Positions 13,113 to 27,260 of a stretch of DNA of 64,000 bases are shown one piece after another. Every line of letters starts with the position of its first letter. The first letter of the stretch is position 1. The notes under the pieces are model-generated. The model ran no database searches. It was not told where the DNA came from and was given only the letters and a program-made list of their open reading frames with translations. The translations under genes and the position numbers were made by a program. Source of the DNA: Chrysomallon squamiferum (taxonomy: Eukaryota; Animalia; Mollusca); contig CM022668.1 of assembly GCA_012295275.1 (NCBI GenBank), positions 310,001 to 374,000 of the forward strand, given 5' to 3'.

Positions 13113-15622
13113 ATAATTGTCTTGACATTCAGCGACGTAATATTAATTAGTTAACGTTGATTGAAAAATATAATAAGCTGCAAATGCAAACTATAAATTC
13201 TGAAATTAATTATTTACTACTGAACAGTAGAGAAATAATTAAGATAATAAATAGTTTAAAATACAAAATAATATGAAAATTAAAAATACTGGCATTAGTT
13301 AATTAAATAATTATTATGTTTTCGTTAGACATTTTTATTATGTTATTTCTTTTTAGTATTAAATTCGCACATACTTTGACTACGAATTTATTTAATAATA
13401 ATAATAATAATAATGTTTTGTGTAATAATTAATAATTATGTTGTTTTTATTACGTTAAAGTTAATTAATAAAATGTGCTCTATACCAACATAAAATTTTG
13501 TTTTATTCGTTTTCTCATTTATATAAAAATGTAATATCTTTGTTCATATTTTATTTTCAGTTTTGGTTCTGACAAGGGTTACAGTGAATATCAGCCACTG
13601 AAACGTGCCTGCCTGGACAAACTTCCCATTCTACAAATAGAAGAATGTTTATAGTTTATTCCAAACAATATATCCTATTTTCAACATGTGATTATAGCAT
13701 GCAAATATTCCATGTAACATATTTGGCCATCAGAGAGAGTTGTTAGCATTTAAACTATCATGAATTTCATACGAATTTGCACAACATAATTAAAATTATT
13801 GATAAAAGAAGATATAAAATATGATTTTAATACTGATAGTATATTCCAAATGAGTATCATCTTTAAACTAGTTCTCGAAAGAAGAAAAATCAGTATTTTT
13901 TTTCTTATCATAGCAATAGATTGTTGTTATGAACCATATATATTTAAAACATTATTACCTGTATTTAATTCTACACTGAGAGTGACTGAAGAATTTTAAA
14001 ACTGCAACTTTTAGTTTTTGAAGCTTGTTGATAGCATATATCAAAACAATATTCTAATAGTAATATCATTTTTAATCTGTTTTTAATGTAGTTACTGCTG
14101 ATAATATATTCTAAATAATATTGTGAATTTTATAGCCACAGATTGCACTGTATTAGAAATTATATTAACCAGTTTTTTAAATATTTTTCTTAATCTAAAA
14201 AAAGTTACAATACTGAGAAAACATAAGAATATTTATATACAAATACTCTTTTATAATAATGAATAAACTTAGTTTTCTAAACCATACTTTATGTAAATAT
14301 TATGTAAATAATTATAGCATGTTACATTATATCATTACATAGTGTTAGCTTATGCATACTGATAAGCGGATGAACTAGAATCATTATGTCAGATGGGGAT
14401 TATAGAATGTATTGTTAAAACTTAATGTGTATTTGTTCAGGAGAATGTATCATATCAAATTTTAAACTATATTTTTACTTGTTATATATATTTTTAAAGA
14501 TTTTTTTAAAATGAGAATGGAGAAAACAAAACTTGTTAGCAAAATTTTTGATATTCACTGCCAAACGTTTTGATGTCATTTATATAACATTGTTTTCGAA
14601 TAGATAATTATGTTTTAAAAAGTGGATACTTTTATTAAAATAAATATTAAAAACACACTTATTATGATTAACTTAGTTTTCTGTTTTGATTACATACATA
14701 CATACATACATATAATAATTGAGTTTAATACTATGGATTAAAACTGATATACAATGAAACTGAGAGAAAGGCAAAATGAATAGTTACACAGATCAAGTTA
14801 AAATGTTCACTGTTAAACACATTAGAAAACATTTGTAGGTCAAATTTCTACATTTCTTAAATAGTATATTGCAGTGTTTAACTCTTGTTGTTGCTTCTTT
14901 TTGTGTTTAATACTCATTAAGGTTAATAACTGGGCTAGATTAAATATACACACAAACACATTTTATATATATATTTAATAATACACATACACATATGTAT
15001 TTAAAAAACGGATGTATAAAAAGAGTAACAATTTTTATCTTTGACTGTTTCATGAATTATGAACAAGAAAGGTCTAATGAACATAATAGCTTTTGAAATA
15101 ACTGATGTTGAAGTTATCAGCATATTTAAAATATTAAAAGTAATACTAAGAACTTTTATCATGAATAAATATGATCAATAATAAATAACTGAAAACTTTT
15201 TTTTTTATTCATCGTTGGTTACACCACCTTTTGCCACATCTTCATTTTTTTTTTTTTTCTAAAAGTATACACCACAACAGCCACTTAGCTTCCAAATCAA
15301 AAAACCTGTTTTAATAGTCAGACATTTTAGGTTCAACATTGTAGACTTTCAACATGCAAAGCATACTGATTCTGTTTAGATGACCATATGTGCCTATGTG
15401 TATACCTCATGTAGGTTATTTCTATTTGTAAATATTGACAGTGACTGCTATTACTAGTGTATAATGATAATGGCACTTTTATTTCAATAACAATAAAAGA
15501 AATAATACTTAGTACAAATAACAAAAAACACCACAGAATCAGAGATAAAATATTTATTAAATGTTTGCATATTTTGCTGGTTTATTACCAAATACTGTAG
15601 AATCAGACACTCATACTTACCA

Positions 15623-15657
<35 letters not shown>

Positions 15658-16069
15658 TAATAATAAGTAGAAGAAGAACAAAACAGTAAACAAAAATAAA
15701 CATATAATGATCTATTATTGAAATGACATATTTCATCTGAATTTAACATTTATAATAAAAGAACTAAAACATTTAAAAAATAATAGACTAAATAATTGTA
15801 GCACAACAACTAAAAGGTTAAAAGTAAATAATGAGTCTGTCAACGAATGTACAAAAAACAGTAACTTCATGTACTGTAGTAAAAACAGCATTAGAAACTG
15901 AAAATAATTTTTGGATTGAGACTATATTTTAAAACCACATAATGTAAAGGATGGAAACAATATGGAAGATCTAATTTCTCAAAAATATATTTATTACATA
16001 AATAACTTAATACTTCTTTCAAATTTTTTAAAATTAAATTAGCTTTTTGGTTGTAATGTAGTTTAATAA

Positions 16070-16900
16070 ACAGTTTTGTTTATAATACAATATGAAATGA
16101 TTTAACTGTATATCATATAGCAGATAGCTATATTGTTTAAAATACAATATTAGATAATTTTATTGCTTATAATACAATATTAAAAAGTACATTAATAGGT
16201 AATATAATACAAAATGAATAATTGAACTGTTTATAATTGAAAATTGATAATTATATTAGTCATAATACAATGTTAAATAATTATTTTGTTTTTATCTTTT
16301 AGGAAACTTTATTTAAATAGTCTGCAATACTGCTGAAATACATTAAATTACTTTATTCTTCACATATACATTTTGTTAAATAACTATATTATATGACAAT
16401 ATAATACTGAATGTTATTATTTATAAATGAAGTATTTAAATATTTTACTCTTCATGTATTTAACATTAACTGAGTTTGTTTAAAAAAACAATGTTAGACT
16501 ATTTATTCATGAATAAAATATTAAATATCTTTATTGTTTAAAAATACGATATTAAAAAAGATAGTTACAAAAAAACAAAAACAACAACATTATAATAATA
16601 TTGTTCAAGAAATTTGCTTTAAATATTACTGTTCAAGAACAGAGATTTGAACAATTTATCATTAATTAAAACAATACTATGGTTCAAATGTATATTCAAA
16701 AAAAGATTTAATTACAATATTAATTTCCCCACTTACTCAACATTAAATTCTTTCCTAGTTTATGCAATACTATATTTTATAATTTAAAAAATATTTTATT
16801 TTATTGTTTTATATATAATTTAAGTATTTTATTGTTTCAATACAATATCAGATTTCTTCACTGTTTACAAATACAATAATAAATAATACTATCTACAAAA
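16070..16900. repeat. Highly degenerate ~30-bp AT-rich minisatellite
   Basis: Recurring TTGTTTATAATACAATAT-like core (e.g. ~16077, 16133, 16163, 16262, 16535, 16832). Confidence 0.5.
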
Positions 16901-17002
16901 ATGTTATTGTTTCTTTTTCATTTTTTAAAATGTGAATGACAATATAGTTTGTAATTTGGTAAATAATTCTGATTTGATATTTTTATTTTGCAGTGCTGAT
17001 TA

Positions 17003-17074
17003 AGGAAATGTTTGTTCAAAAACACATTTCTTTATATATATATCTAGAAATGTGTTTTTAAACCAACATTTCCT
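17003..17074. repeat. 29-bp inverted repeat (hairpin, 14-nt loop)
   Basis: AGGAAATGTTTGTTCAAAAACACATTTCT ... AGAAATGTGTTTTTAAACCAACATTTCCT, 2 mismatches. Confidence 0.9.
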
Positions 17075-17497
17075 ATATATAAAAAAGCATATAAATAAAA
17101 ATAACCTATGTACATTGTAGATCAAAAATATCTGTTTACACAGTTGCTATGATAACCAGAATCACAATGTAAAATGGTGTCTACTGTATTTAAATATAAA
17201 ATATCAAAAACAATGATTTAAAAAAAAAAGAAATGCTAAAATAACATTTACTTACATATTTGTCATTTTAAATATATATCTCATATATATTTTTTCTTTT
17301 ATTAATTGAAAAAGAAATCCATGCATAGACAATAATACTGATATAGAATTTTGGCAAAAAATAAAATAATCCTCACTTTTTCAAATTAGTCAAATATTTA
17401 ATCTGAAAGTTTCATTTTGACAAAGAGAAATACTTCCTACATTAATATGCAAATTTTTTTTATTGTAAGAGCAGCATAATTTATTTAACAAATAAAT

Positions 17498-17498
<1 letters not shown>

Positions 17499-17560
<62 letters not shown>
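17499..17560. repeat. (GA)n microsatellite
   Basis: Pure GA run. Confidence 0.95.
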
Positions 17561-17563
<3 letters not shown>

Positions 17564-17912
17564 ACATTTAGTTAGAACAATTTTAAAATTATACTACTTT
17601 CCAAAACACCCTAATTTTATGTGTACTTATATATATGTATAATAATAAAAAATTAAATATAAAAAAATTCATATAAAAATGAATACTTTCATATTCAATT
17701 TCTGTTTCGTTTTCCACACACCATGTTAATATTTTTATTGTTACAAATATATAAATAATGTAGTTCCTTGCATGTTTTATTTTTCAGTATTACCCAGTAA
17801 AGGGATATTTTCTTTTATCACTTTACAGTATTATAACAGTGTATTTTTCTCTACACCATTACAGAGAGGTTGTTTTTTAATTTTAATTTTTTTTTTATTA
17901 TAATTTTTTTAA

Positions 17913-20900
17913 TTATACTGCAAATGGGTGTTTCCCAATTTTTACATCCCTTGCCTCCATCTCATCCAAGGTGGCTCTGAAAGCCTCAAAACTCACTTCA
18001 CCCTGGGGGTGATTCTGTGCAGTGTAATTGTAGACTTTTTCAAGAATTTCACCAGTCATGATGACCCCAATGTTTTCAAGAATTTCTTTTATCTAGAGGA
18101 TTAAAATAATAATCATAATAATGTGATTTTATTTTATTTAATGAATTCAAAGAAATGTTTGAACTGTGTTAGAAACAAACAAATATTCTTGTTAACTATT
18201 TTAAAGTAATTAAGAAGTTTGTGTGAATTACTTTTTAAACTAATTAAATGAATCTTGGAAATACATTTCCAAAAAATAAAAATTAAATCTTTTACTAAAT
18301 AACATTAATTTTTTTTTAATCTTTTAGAAGTGCTGAATACCAAAATTTGTGGTAAATGTTTCACTTAAAAATAATATTTTGTAAATATAGAAAAATTATT
18401 GTGTATTATTAAATACAAATCAGTAGTTTGTTCTGAAGTGTTTTGATAGTGAAAAAAAATCTATTAAATTATCTGATTCTGCGTACTTAGAACAGAAAGT
18501 AATGTATAAACTAGAAATGATTAGAGAAAACAAATTTCAACAATTTCTAAAGCACAGTTGGTGAATGGAATGAAACAATCTGTTTAATACATTTTTAAGT
18601 TTAAAGTAACTTTTGAAAAATAAGAGCTAAAAACAAAATGTGGAGCAATACAATTGGATAGGAAAATAAACTAAATAGTTTATTTTTTAATTGTGTTTTC
18701 GAAAATAATCTAAAAAGAATCATTTTAATCTTTATCACTTCACAAATCATTATTATTGTTAATAGTAACAGTGATGTAAATTATTGTTAATAGTAATGTT
18801 TATGTCTGCAAGTTATTAATGTAATGATTATTTGAGTGAGTGAGTGAGTGAATAATACTACTCACCTGCTCTTTAGTTCTAGGAAGAAGGAAATCAATCT
18901 CATACACACCATGTTGGCTGTAAATGGAGGGATTCAACAAAGCCCAAGCATTAGCTTCATCTCCGTAGTTGGTGTGGTCACTAATGCGGCGGACTCGCGG
19001 TGCACCGATGTCACTGCGGATGGTGGGAACGCCATACATCCTGTAGCCTGGCAACAGAAAGAGAGAGAGATACAAAATATAATACTGCTTGTTGTAATAA
19101 GAAAAATGTTGATAATGTTAAAATATTCAAACTATAATAATGATACTGATGATGATAATGAAAATGAAAATGAAAATTACCTCTGGTATCAACACCACCA
19201 ACTACTGCATTAATCATCTGTGAGCTTGTTTTGTGGTTGCCGATGGCTCTGTCAATCTGCATCTTTAGACGACGTGGGGTACTTTCTGCCGACGTTGCTG
19301 ATTTGGAAACTGAATCTTCTTGTTTTGTTTCATCACACTGAACTATAATAATAAAAAATGAATGTTAAATATCCATGAGAAAAGGAAACATAAAGTAAAG
19401 TAAAGTAAGAACAATCATACATTGAATTGAAGAGAAGTGAAGAGAAATGAAGAAAAGTGTAGAAACTGTAATAAACAATAAATAAAGAAAGTAAAATAAG
19501 ATAATCTACACAAAATTAAAAGACAATGTCATCACAACCCGACAAAAAGAAATAAGAATAAATAAATAAGAAGCAAATTAATTTACTTTTAATGTCAGGA
19601 AAGCCAGATGGCATTTTGTCTTTCCAGTTTAGGAAATTGCTGAACTCCACATAGTCAATGAGGCCGTCTTTGTTGTAGTCACAAGTATTCAACAACTGTT
19701 CAAGTAACTCTGGCTCAGCTGGTAGTTGGAACTGGATACAAGCCTCTCGCAAATCATCAATACTAATTTTACCAGTTTTAGACTGTAGTTAGAAAATAAA
19801 ACAAAATTAAATTCAGTCTTAAAAATATAATAATGGTGAAAATAACATGGAAAAAAAATAATAATAAAAATTAATTATGAATCAGGCAATCAGTCAGCAT
19901 AATTAGTCGATAAATCAGTATATTTAGTTAGTCAGTCCTGATATTTACTCTGCTAGTGAGTATAATTAGTCAGTCAATCTGACTATATTGGAGTACGGCA
20001 AGGGGAAAATTTATCACCTTTTTTGTTTTCAATATATTTAAATGATTTTGAAAATTGTTTAGTCACTGTAAAGGTATTCAATCAGTAATAGATTTTCTTG
20101 CCAAAAAATATTTATGTACATCTTGTTATTTGTGTTGATAAGGCTGATGATAATGTACTACTAGCAGAAGCAGCAGATGATTTACAACATCAATTGCACC
20201 GTTTTGAAATATATTGTAAAACATGGGAATTAAAAGTTAATGCTGTCAAGTAAAAAATTAAGAATTTTTCCAGAGGCAATTTAATAACCAATACTTTAAC
20301 ATTTATATATAATAGTATGGAAATAGAAGTTGTTAATGAGTTTAAATATATCAGGCTTGTTTATATAAATCTGGATCCTTCATAAATACTAAGAAAGATT
20401 TAATCACTGAAACTTCAAAGTCGATGTTTGCTGTATTACATTTTTTTAGATAATTTAATTTTTCAGTCGACTGTCAGTTAGATTTGTTTGACAAGACTGT
20501 AAAACCAATATTATTATATGGATGTGAAATCTGGGGATTTAATCATTTAAAGATAATTAAAAAACTTCATTTCAAGATTTTAAAATATATATTACGTCTT
20601 AACAAGTCAACACCAAACTTTATGGTATTTGGTGAATTAGGGACGTGTATAAGTGTTTAAGTAAGAATGATTTCATTTTGGGCAAACTGTATAGAGCATA
20701 AATTGTCAAGTGTACCATACAGGTTGTTATATCATATAAACATAGTATACATGCTACATCAGTCCTTGGTTTATCTTCTATTAAAACTATACTAGATGAA
20801 TGTGACTTATGTGTATTCAAATGAATGGCTTGTTGTTAAAACATGCTGTTAAAAGAATTTTATGTGATCAGTTCTTGCAAAAATGGATAGAGATAAACTT

Positions 20901-22791
20901 CAGTCATCTAAAGGTATTAATCAGAGAATGTTTAAAGATGAACTTAAATTAGAACATCAGTTAATTTAGAACCAGTAATATGAAACTTCTTATAGAAACT
21001 GATAGATGGTTCATTATTGAAAGAGAAGACAGTATATATCACTTATGTAATTCTGATATTCCACAATATATTTTAACTGTACAGTTTTATCTTTTGAGAG
21101 AAGTAAATATATATGTTATTATCCACTTAGATCAAATGCAGTAACATCTCAACATTTATTTTCTACAACTAAAACAGTGACTGTATAAACTTTCCAAATT
21201 TTGACAAATTGTCATTGAGAGAGTCACTATTCTGGGTTAAATAATAATTAATATGTTTTGTACCACTCCAGAAAATGCTGTTTGAATTATGTTTTTTTAA
21301 ATGTTTTCTCAATACTGCTTTAGAGAAATAAACATTTTGTCATGTCTTGTATAGCCAGTTAATCAGTCAGTATAGTCATTCAGTTAGCATAACTAGTCCA
21401 TCAACAGAATAGCTTGAATCATTCAGTTTGAATAATTAGTCAATAACTATTATTCTTTAGAACACTAACAAACTGGAAAGTAATTGTTACCGTATCATAG
21501 AACTTGAAAGCCTGTAACAAATCTGGAAAGTTGTGATAATTGAGCTGTTTCAGGTTGTGTCGTATTGTGGCAACCAGAGCTCGTTGACGATCTTTACCTC
21601 TCAGGTATTCTCCAGGTAGACGATTATGAATTAAATCGCCTGCATTATACTCATCAGGTTTGACAAAAACTCCAAATGTGTGGTCATCAGGGACAATGAG
21701 AGTTTCCTTCAGTCTGAAATTAAATTACTTGTATCATTATTAACATGAATGAATTGCATCTCACATGAAGAGTGCAATTCATTCATGTTAATAATGGTAC
21801 AAGTAATTTAATTTCAGACTGAATTATGTACTGAACTGTACCAAGAATTAAATCTGTTACTAAACAGTTATTTTCAAATTGATTAATCGGATTTGATTCA
21901 ATTCAGTTCAGTGCAATTCCATTAATTTTTTTTTTAAATGCTTTTGGGATTTCATGTCTCATTTTTCAGCACTGTCAAGAAATCCAGGTCCCCATTTACC
22001 AGTAATGGTTTATAACATAACAATGTTAACCTACCAAAGCAGTCCCAAAGACCTCTTTTATTAGGAACTTGCTCATTTCTGAGTTAGGCAAATATATCAG
22101 ACATTGTGTAGATTGGTGAGTTTCTGGTTTCCTGGCTTTTAAGTTAATTTAAAAATAAGTCTAAACAAAAACTGAAAAAGCTGAAAAAAAACTTACAGAG
22201 AATAATGAAAACTTACGGATCATGTACTTTGGCAAGCTGCCTCTGATTTCTTTCATTAAAATCATCCAGTCGTTTGGCAACAATTTTCGTTGTTTTTTCT
22301 TTGTCTGTTTCGTGAATCCACTTCATTGTTCTTCTGGCATTACGTCCATCTGATTGGTGTGGTGTAGGAATACCAAACTTTTTGCCAGGATTGAAAGCAG
22401 GTGATGTGTAACTCCGATGCATCTGCTCCCCAGGGTCAAAGTCGACATGGGTGCGGATGTACAGTGGATGCCCCACCCTACTCTCCTCCTCCACCTGGGC
22501 AAATGTCTTGTCAGGATTTATCAACTCTTTTGCTCCGCTATCTAGAGATACAAAAATACTAATAAAAATAAAATAAAATAACTATATTTAAATAACAAAA
22601 AATTACTTAATGTAACGTGACACAATACAACATAATAAAACATAACACAGCGTGAACTCACATAACATATCACATCAGAAAATAGAATATAAATGCAATG
22701 TAATATAATATGGCGTAATGTAATGTAAATAAAAATACATTTTAAAAATAAAAACACATTGATAATTAATGTAATTTTATTTATAAACAAA

Positions 22792-22834
<43 letters not shown>

Positions 22835-24614
22835 AGAAGAAGATGAAGAATGTAAACATCAATATTTATAATTATTACAAAACTTCTCTCCTTTTCTTAC
22901 AACAGTAATCATAATAATCATAAAAAACAACATCACCAGCAACACAGTGACACAGTATACTCACCTAACTTTGAATGAATACCAAACGTGAATGTTTTTG
23001 ACTGATAGCGACAAGGCAGCCCTGGTTTCTGATCATGTGACTTTCCAAGTGGAGCTCTGAAATGACTTTGATAAACATTTTCTTTTTTGTCTATTATTTT
23101 CTGCTTGAAAAGTGTTTTTGGTTGTGGGTTTAACAGTTGTCCTGCTGTGATTTCATGGTGTTTGGTATTAATCCCATGGGCCATTTCATTGGCCCATTTC
23201 AGTTCTGGATCAAGAGCTTTCCCATAAAAAACTCGAATGGCACCAGGTTCTGGTTCAAATGTCCCTTGGAATCGGCGAATTATTGGTGGGCTTTCAGGCT
23301 GATAATAAAATATTAAAAAGGTAAAATTCACTTAAATAACTTCCTTGTAATTTAAAATTTAATAATTAAAGAAAATATGCAGATATCCATTGCTTAATGT
23401 ATTAGACAGGTGCTGGAATCATGATATTAATGAACTAGACTTTACACGGGACTCATCTTTGAGTCTGGTCTTCAATCCAGATCATAATTATTAAGTAAGT
23501 TTTAATACAGAGTAAACACATTTTTTTCAAAATTCGATTTCAGCCTGTGTAAAAACGTGGTAGATCTTGTTATCCTTTTATCATTTCATGAATTTTCTCT
23601 TTGTTTTTGATTATTGTTGTGGCTATAGGCTATGGCATATAAGTGTCGGGATTTCGTTCGGATATAATTATGTTAAATGTTGAATGAAAAGAGACATAAC
23701 TCCTCTGAGACAGGTTGAGTATAACAATCAAACTCAATATTTCATGATTTTCTAACTGAAATGGATGAATAGGTAAGAAAAGCTAATTACCACAATTAAA
23801 TGTTGATATATGTTTCTTCTTTTTAAAAAATCTTTGTGTATTACAATAAATATATTGTTATGAAAACAAACCCGTTTTGGAGGCTTCAAACAATGATTAA
23901 CTGTATCTTCAGACATAAATGTCAATTTCCCTGCCTGAAAAGATTATAATAATAAAAATAATAATGTGAAATAGTTTTGCTGAATAAAGTTAACATAAAA
24001 TTAAGTATATAAATTAACTTTGTAAATTACTAGCATTTTAAATAATTGTTGAATTCTATCATCAACCGTTCATTGCAATGTCTAATATACAGTTCAGATA
24101 TATCATTTATTACTTTCAAAAGAGAGAAAAAATTGAAAGAAAAGATTTGACTTAAAATTAAAATTAAATAAAATAAACTACAGAAGTAATTAGGGTACAT
24201 TTTTCAACATGGAAATGCTTTAATTTTAAAAAAGCAAATTTAAATATATTTTCAGATGTATATTTTGTACAATTTTGAAAAGAAAAACGTTCTTTTGTGA
24301 AAAAAAAAATGTTAAGTGAATGATAATAATTTGACAGTTACAAAACATTATCTTATTAGAATTTGCTTGTAAAAGTAAAAAGTTATTTAATCAGATAATT
24401 AAAAAGATTTAAAGACGTTAAATCAAATGCCATTAATATTCATCATTCTTCTTTCTTTTACTATTTTTAGTACAAATTTTTCAATGTGAGAATTTAAATT
24501 TAGAAGTATACATGTACTTACAGCACGAATCTCTGGATTACGGTCTTTAAATTTTCCCTGATACACCCCGTAAGTAGTTATGTCTGGAAACCTAACTTTC
24601 GTAGACGACGCCAT
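17913..24614 (-). CDS. EFHB: EF-hand domain-containing family member B (CFAP21), ~585 aa
   Basis: Exons (minus) 24614-24522, 23934-23872, 23298-22965, 22541-22217, 21713-21491, 19782-19587, 19342-19181, 19047-18866, 18092-17913; GT-AG, open frame (1758 nt). EF-hands DTSKTGKISIDDL and DYNKDGLIDYVEF; EFHB-like motifs RAPLGKSHDQ, FGIPTPH, LKQLNYHNF, YGVPTIRSDIGAPRVRRISDHTNYGDE. Confidence 0.92.
20143..21335 (+). mobile_element. 5'-truncated decayed LINE (CR1/L2-group-like RT C-terminus), antisense in an EFHB intron
   Basis: Broken reading frames ADDNVLLAE..LQHQL..YCKTWELKVN, IEVVNEFKY, LDLFDKTVKPILLYGCEIWG, STPNFMVFGELG, with stops and frameshifts; AATAAA near 21327. Confidence 0.8.
21708..21823. 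repeat. 51-bp near-perfect inverted repeat overlapping the EFHB exon 5 acceptor
   Basis: Arms 21708-21758 and 21773-21823, single mismatch (21734/21797), 14-nt loop. Confidence 0.95.
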
Positions 24615-24945
24615 GTTTGGATTTCTTTTGTAGTTTAGTTCGTCTAACGCTTTTCCTTTCCGGTCTATTAGATCTAAACACGTTGAACAAAATTGTTTGT
24701 TGTTGTTTGCTGGCAACTGTTAAAAATATGCGAAAAACATTTGATAATTAATTATTTCTGTGCTGACTGACACATCTTGAAATCCGAATTCATATTGTTG
24801 ATGAAACCATAGAAACATCGGTCAAGGTCGTTAAACGCAATCAACTTCCGGAAAGGCCGATAATCTGAGTTGTTCTTTTGTACAGACGAATAAAGGGGGC
24901 GTGTCATGGTTTTGTAAAAAGAAATATATGAAAGAAAGAAAGTAA

Positions 24946-24990
<45 letters not shown>

Positions 24991-25824
24991 GAAGTCAAAA
25001 ACAAAAGAAAAGGAGGGAAAAAATTAATTAAAATGACATGAACCAGTAGTGAGAAATACAACTCGATGCTAATAATATTCGTGCCTATATAACAATCATT
25101 ACAATGTATGTATGAATGGATGTTTGTGCATTTTGATGTTTTAACGGTGATTATGTACTTACAATGATTATTTCAGAAATAATAATAAATTTGAAACAGC
25201 TGATTAATTAATAAATACAATTTCTATGACTTACACATTTGAATTTTCTATCAATTGAATATTTTATAGTTGTTCGACATTAAATCGTAGTCATATATTG
25301 TATTATGCTATTTAATCCGGTGTATTTTGATATTCATAATTGTATTCAGCTTTGCAGAATTTACAGGAATTTATTTATAGATTCATAGACAAGCTAGCGG
25401 AGTCGCGTGACATATTTTACGCATGAAGATGATTTTATGAAGGTGACGTCATTTCTGTGGGGCGCACCTTACCAAATGCAAGGTGCACTGGTTTCAAGCA
25501 TATCTCTCCGCAAATTTGGTTTGTTTCGTAAACAAAGTTTTCATTAAATATAATACATGTATATTTAAAGAATTCACTTATATGCACAAAAACGATCAAT
25601 TTTTATTTTATCCAAATAACTGTATATTGTGAAAACGTGAGCAAAATATGGCGTTATATTGTGTTAGCGTAGTTACATCCTTTGTGTGCATACATTAGCT
25701 TCGTCGCTCTAAGAAGAGGGTGGAAACGATCGACTGATTTTTTACTTTTGCTAATTTAACATCATTTTAAGCTTTTTTATTGCTGTTATTGCGATCTTCT
25801 GACATCTGATTATTACTGAAACGG
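24615..25824. promoter_or_regulatory. Divergent EFHB/Rab5 promoter region, including the putative non-coding first exon of Rab5
   Basis: X-box-like GTTTGCTGGCAAC (24705-24717), ETS ACTTCCGGAA (~24844), GC box GGGGCGTG (~24896), full CRE TGACGTCA (25444-25451), ATGGCG (~25648), donor CGG|GTAAGA at 25824/25825. Confidence 0.65.
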
Positions 25825-27037
25825 GTAAGATTCGTCAATGCTACGTATTCTTCATATTTTCCGTTGTATGATATTATTAAATCCTCTTGTTCCCCCATGA
25901 TTTTAACAACATGGCCGACTTGAAATGTGTCATCTTCGTTGTTTACATTTAAATTTCGAAAGTCTTAGATGAAATTGAACATTTTCATTAAAGATAAAGA
26001 TAAACTGTGGCACTGTGATGTCTGAAGTTTAGTAGTGAGAGTCCGCATTGCTTCCACTCTAATTATTAACATAATTTAAGCGTGCTATTCCTTCTCAACA
26101 TCTGACATTTGACCATTCGTCTACAAAATGCATAAAAATAATCTGTTGTTTAGATAAAGGTTTACATAACAAGGCAGAGTATTTCAGCCTATACTTCTGT
26201 ATTTCTGTTTGTTTAATCCAGTATTTTGATACTTCAAGTTACTACATTTTAAATATTTTACTTCAAATAGGCATTTAATATACACTTTAAATTTAATAAT
26301 ACATTGTAATGATTGTTTGGATATGGTGCAGGACTGACAGAACTGATTAACACTGTTACTACTTTTAATATATCTCTTTGGAACTGAACCATATTTTAGA
26401 ATTAGATTACGATATAGCAAACAAGATGTCAGTATTGATTAGCTTATAAAATATTGTGTTGAAATGTAGCTAAAATACATATAATATTATAAAATGTTTT
26501 TATGTTCTAATTATTTTGTTCTTAAACTTTTTCATTTAACTGGTAATAATGGTCATTCATGTTTTATATATCACTAAATGTGTGTTTGTGTATGACTGTT
26601 TTTAAATAGGTGCACATAGATACAAACAATACAAATTAATAGTAATTTTATGAAAATTACATAATTTAGTACAAAAAATTAAAGTACTAATAATACTAAG
26701 CACATCTAAAGATAAGTTATAATCCTGTGTGTAAAGCATAAATGCAATAGCCAAGTCAAGATGTTTTTACATTAAACTGGTTTAATGTTTGATCCTTTGT
26801 CACATAATTATTATGACATTTTTAGTGCTGATTAGTGAGCAGAATCAAATATATATATTTCAAAACACATTTCTTTTTATCTTAAAATTATCAACAAGTT
26901 TATTACAAACTGACTATTGATTTTCTCAAAATTGTAGACATTTTGGTGTTGTTGCCAGGTAAAAATATTAGGTTAAAACTCCATTGAAGAAAGAAAAAAA
27001 AATTATATATATATAAAGCATTCCTTTGTGTCTCTGC

Positions 27038-27260
27038 TAGGGATTGAATACTGGTAAATACCAGTTTTAGTAACTGATGGGTAATACTGTTACTGAAGCA
27101 CCAATACAAGTTTTCTAAATTTTAACGAGTTATGCTGAGAAAACAGTGTCCACAAAAGCCCCGTAAGTACCTTTTCCTATGCACAAACTAACTAAAACCG
27201 GTGAAAACCTGTATTGAGAATATCTGTTGGTAATTTACTGGTATTAATTTGCAAACCCTA
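27038..27260. mobile_element. Non-autonomous hAT MITE (TAGGG-type ends), 223 bp
   Basis: Ends TAGGGATTG ... CAAACCCTA; exact 8-bp TSD GTCTCTGC at 27030-27037 and 27261-27268. Confidence 0.9.

Noticed and set aside
24615-24716. N-terminal extension of EFHB suggested by the ORF track
   Set aside because: The ORF starts at a non-ATG codon; the first in-frame ATG is at 24614 in good context (AAACATGG)
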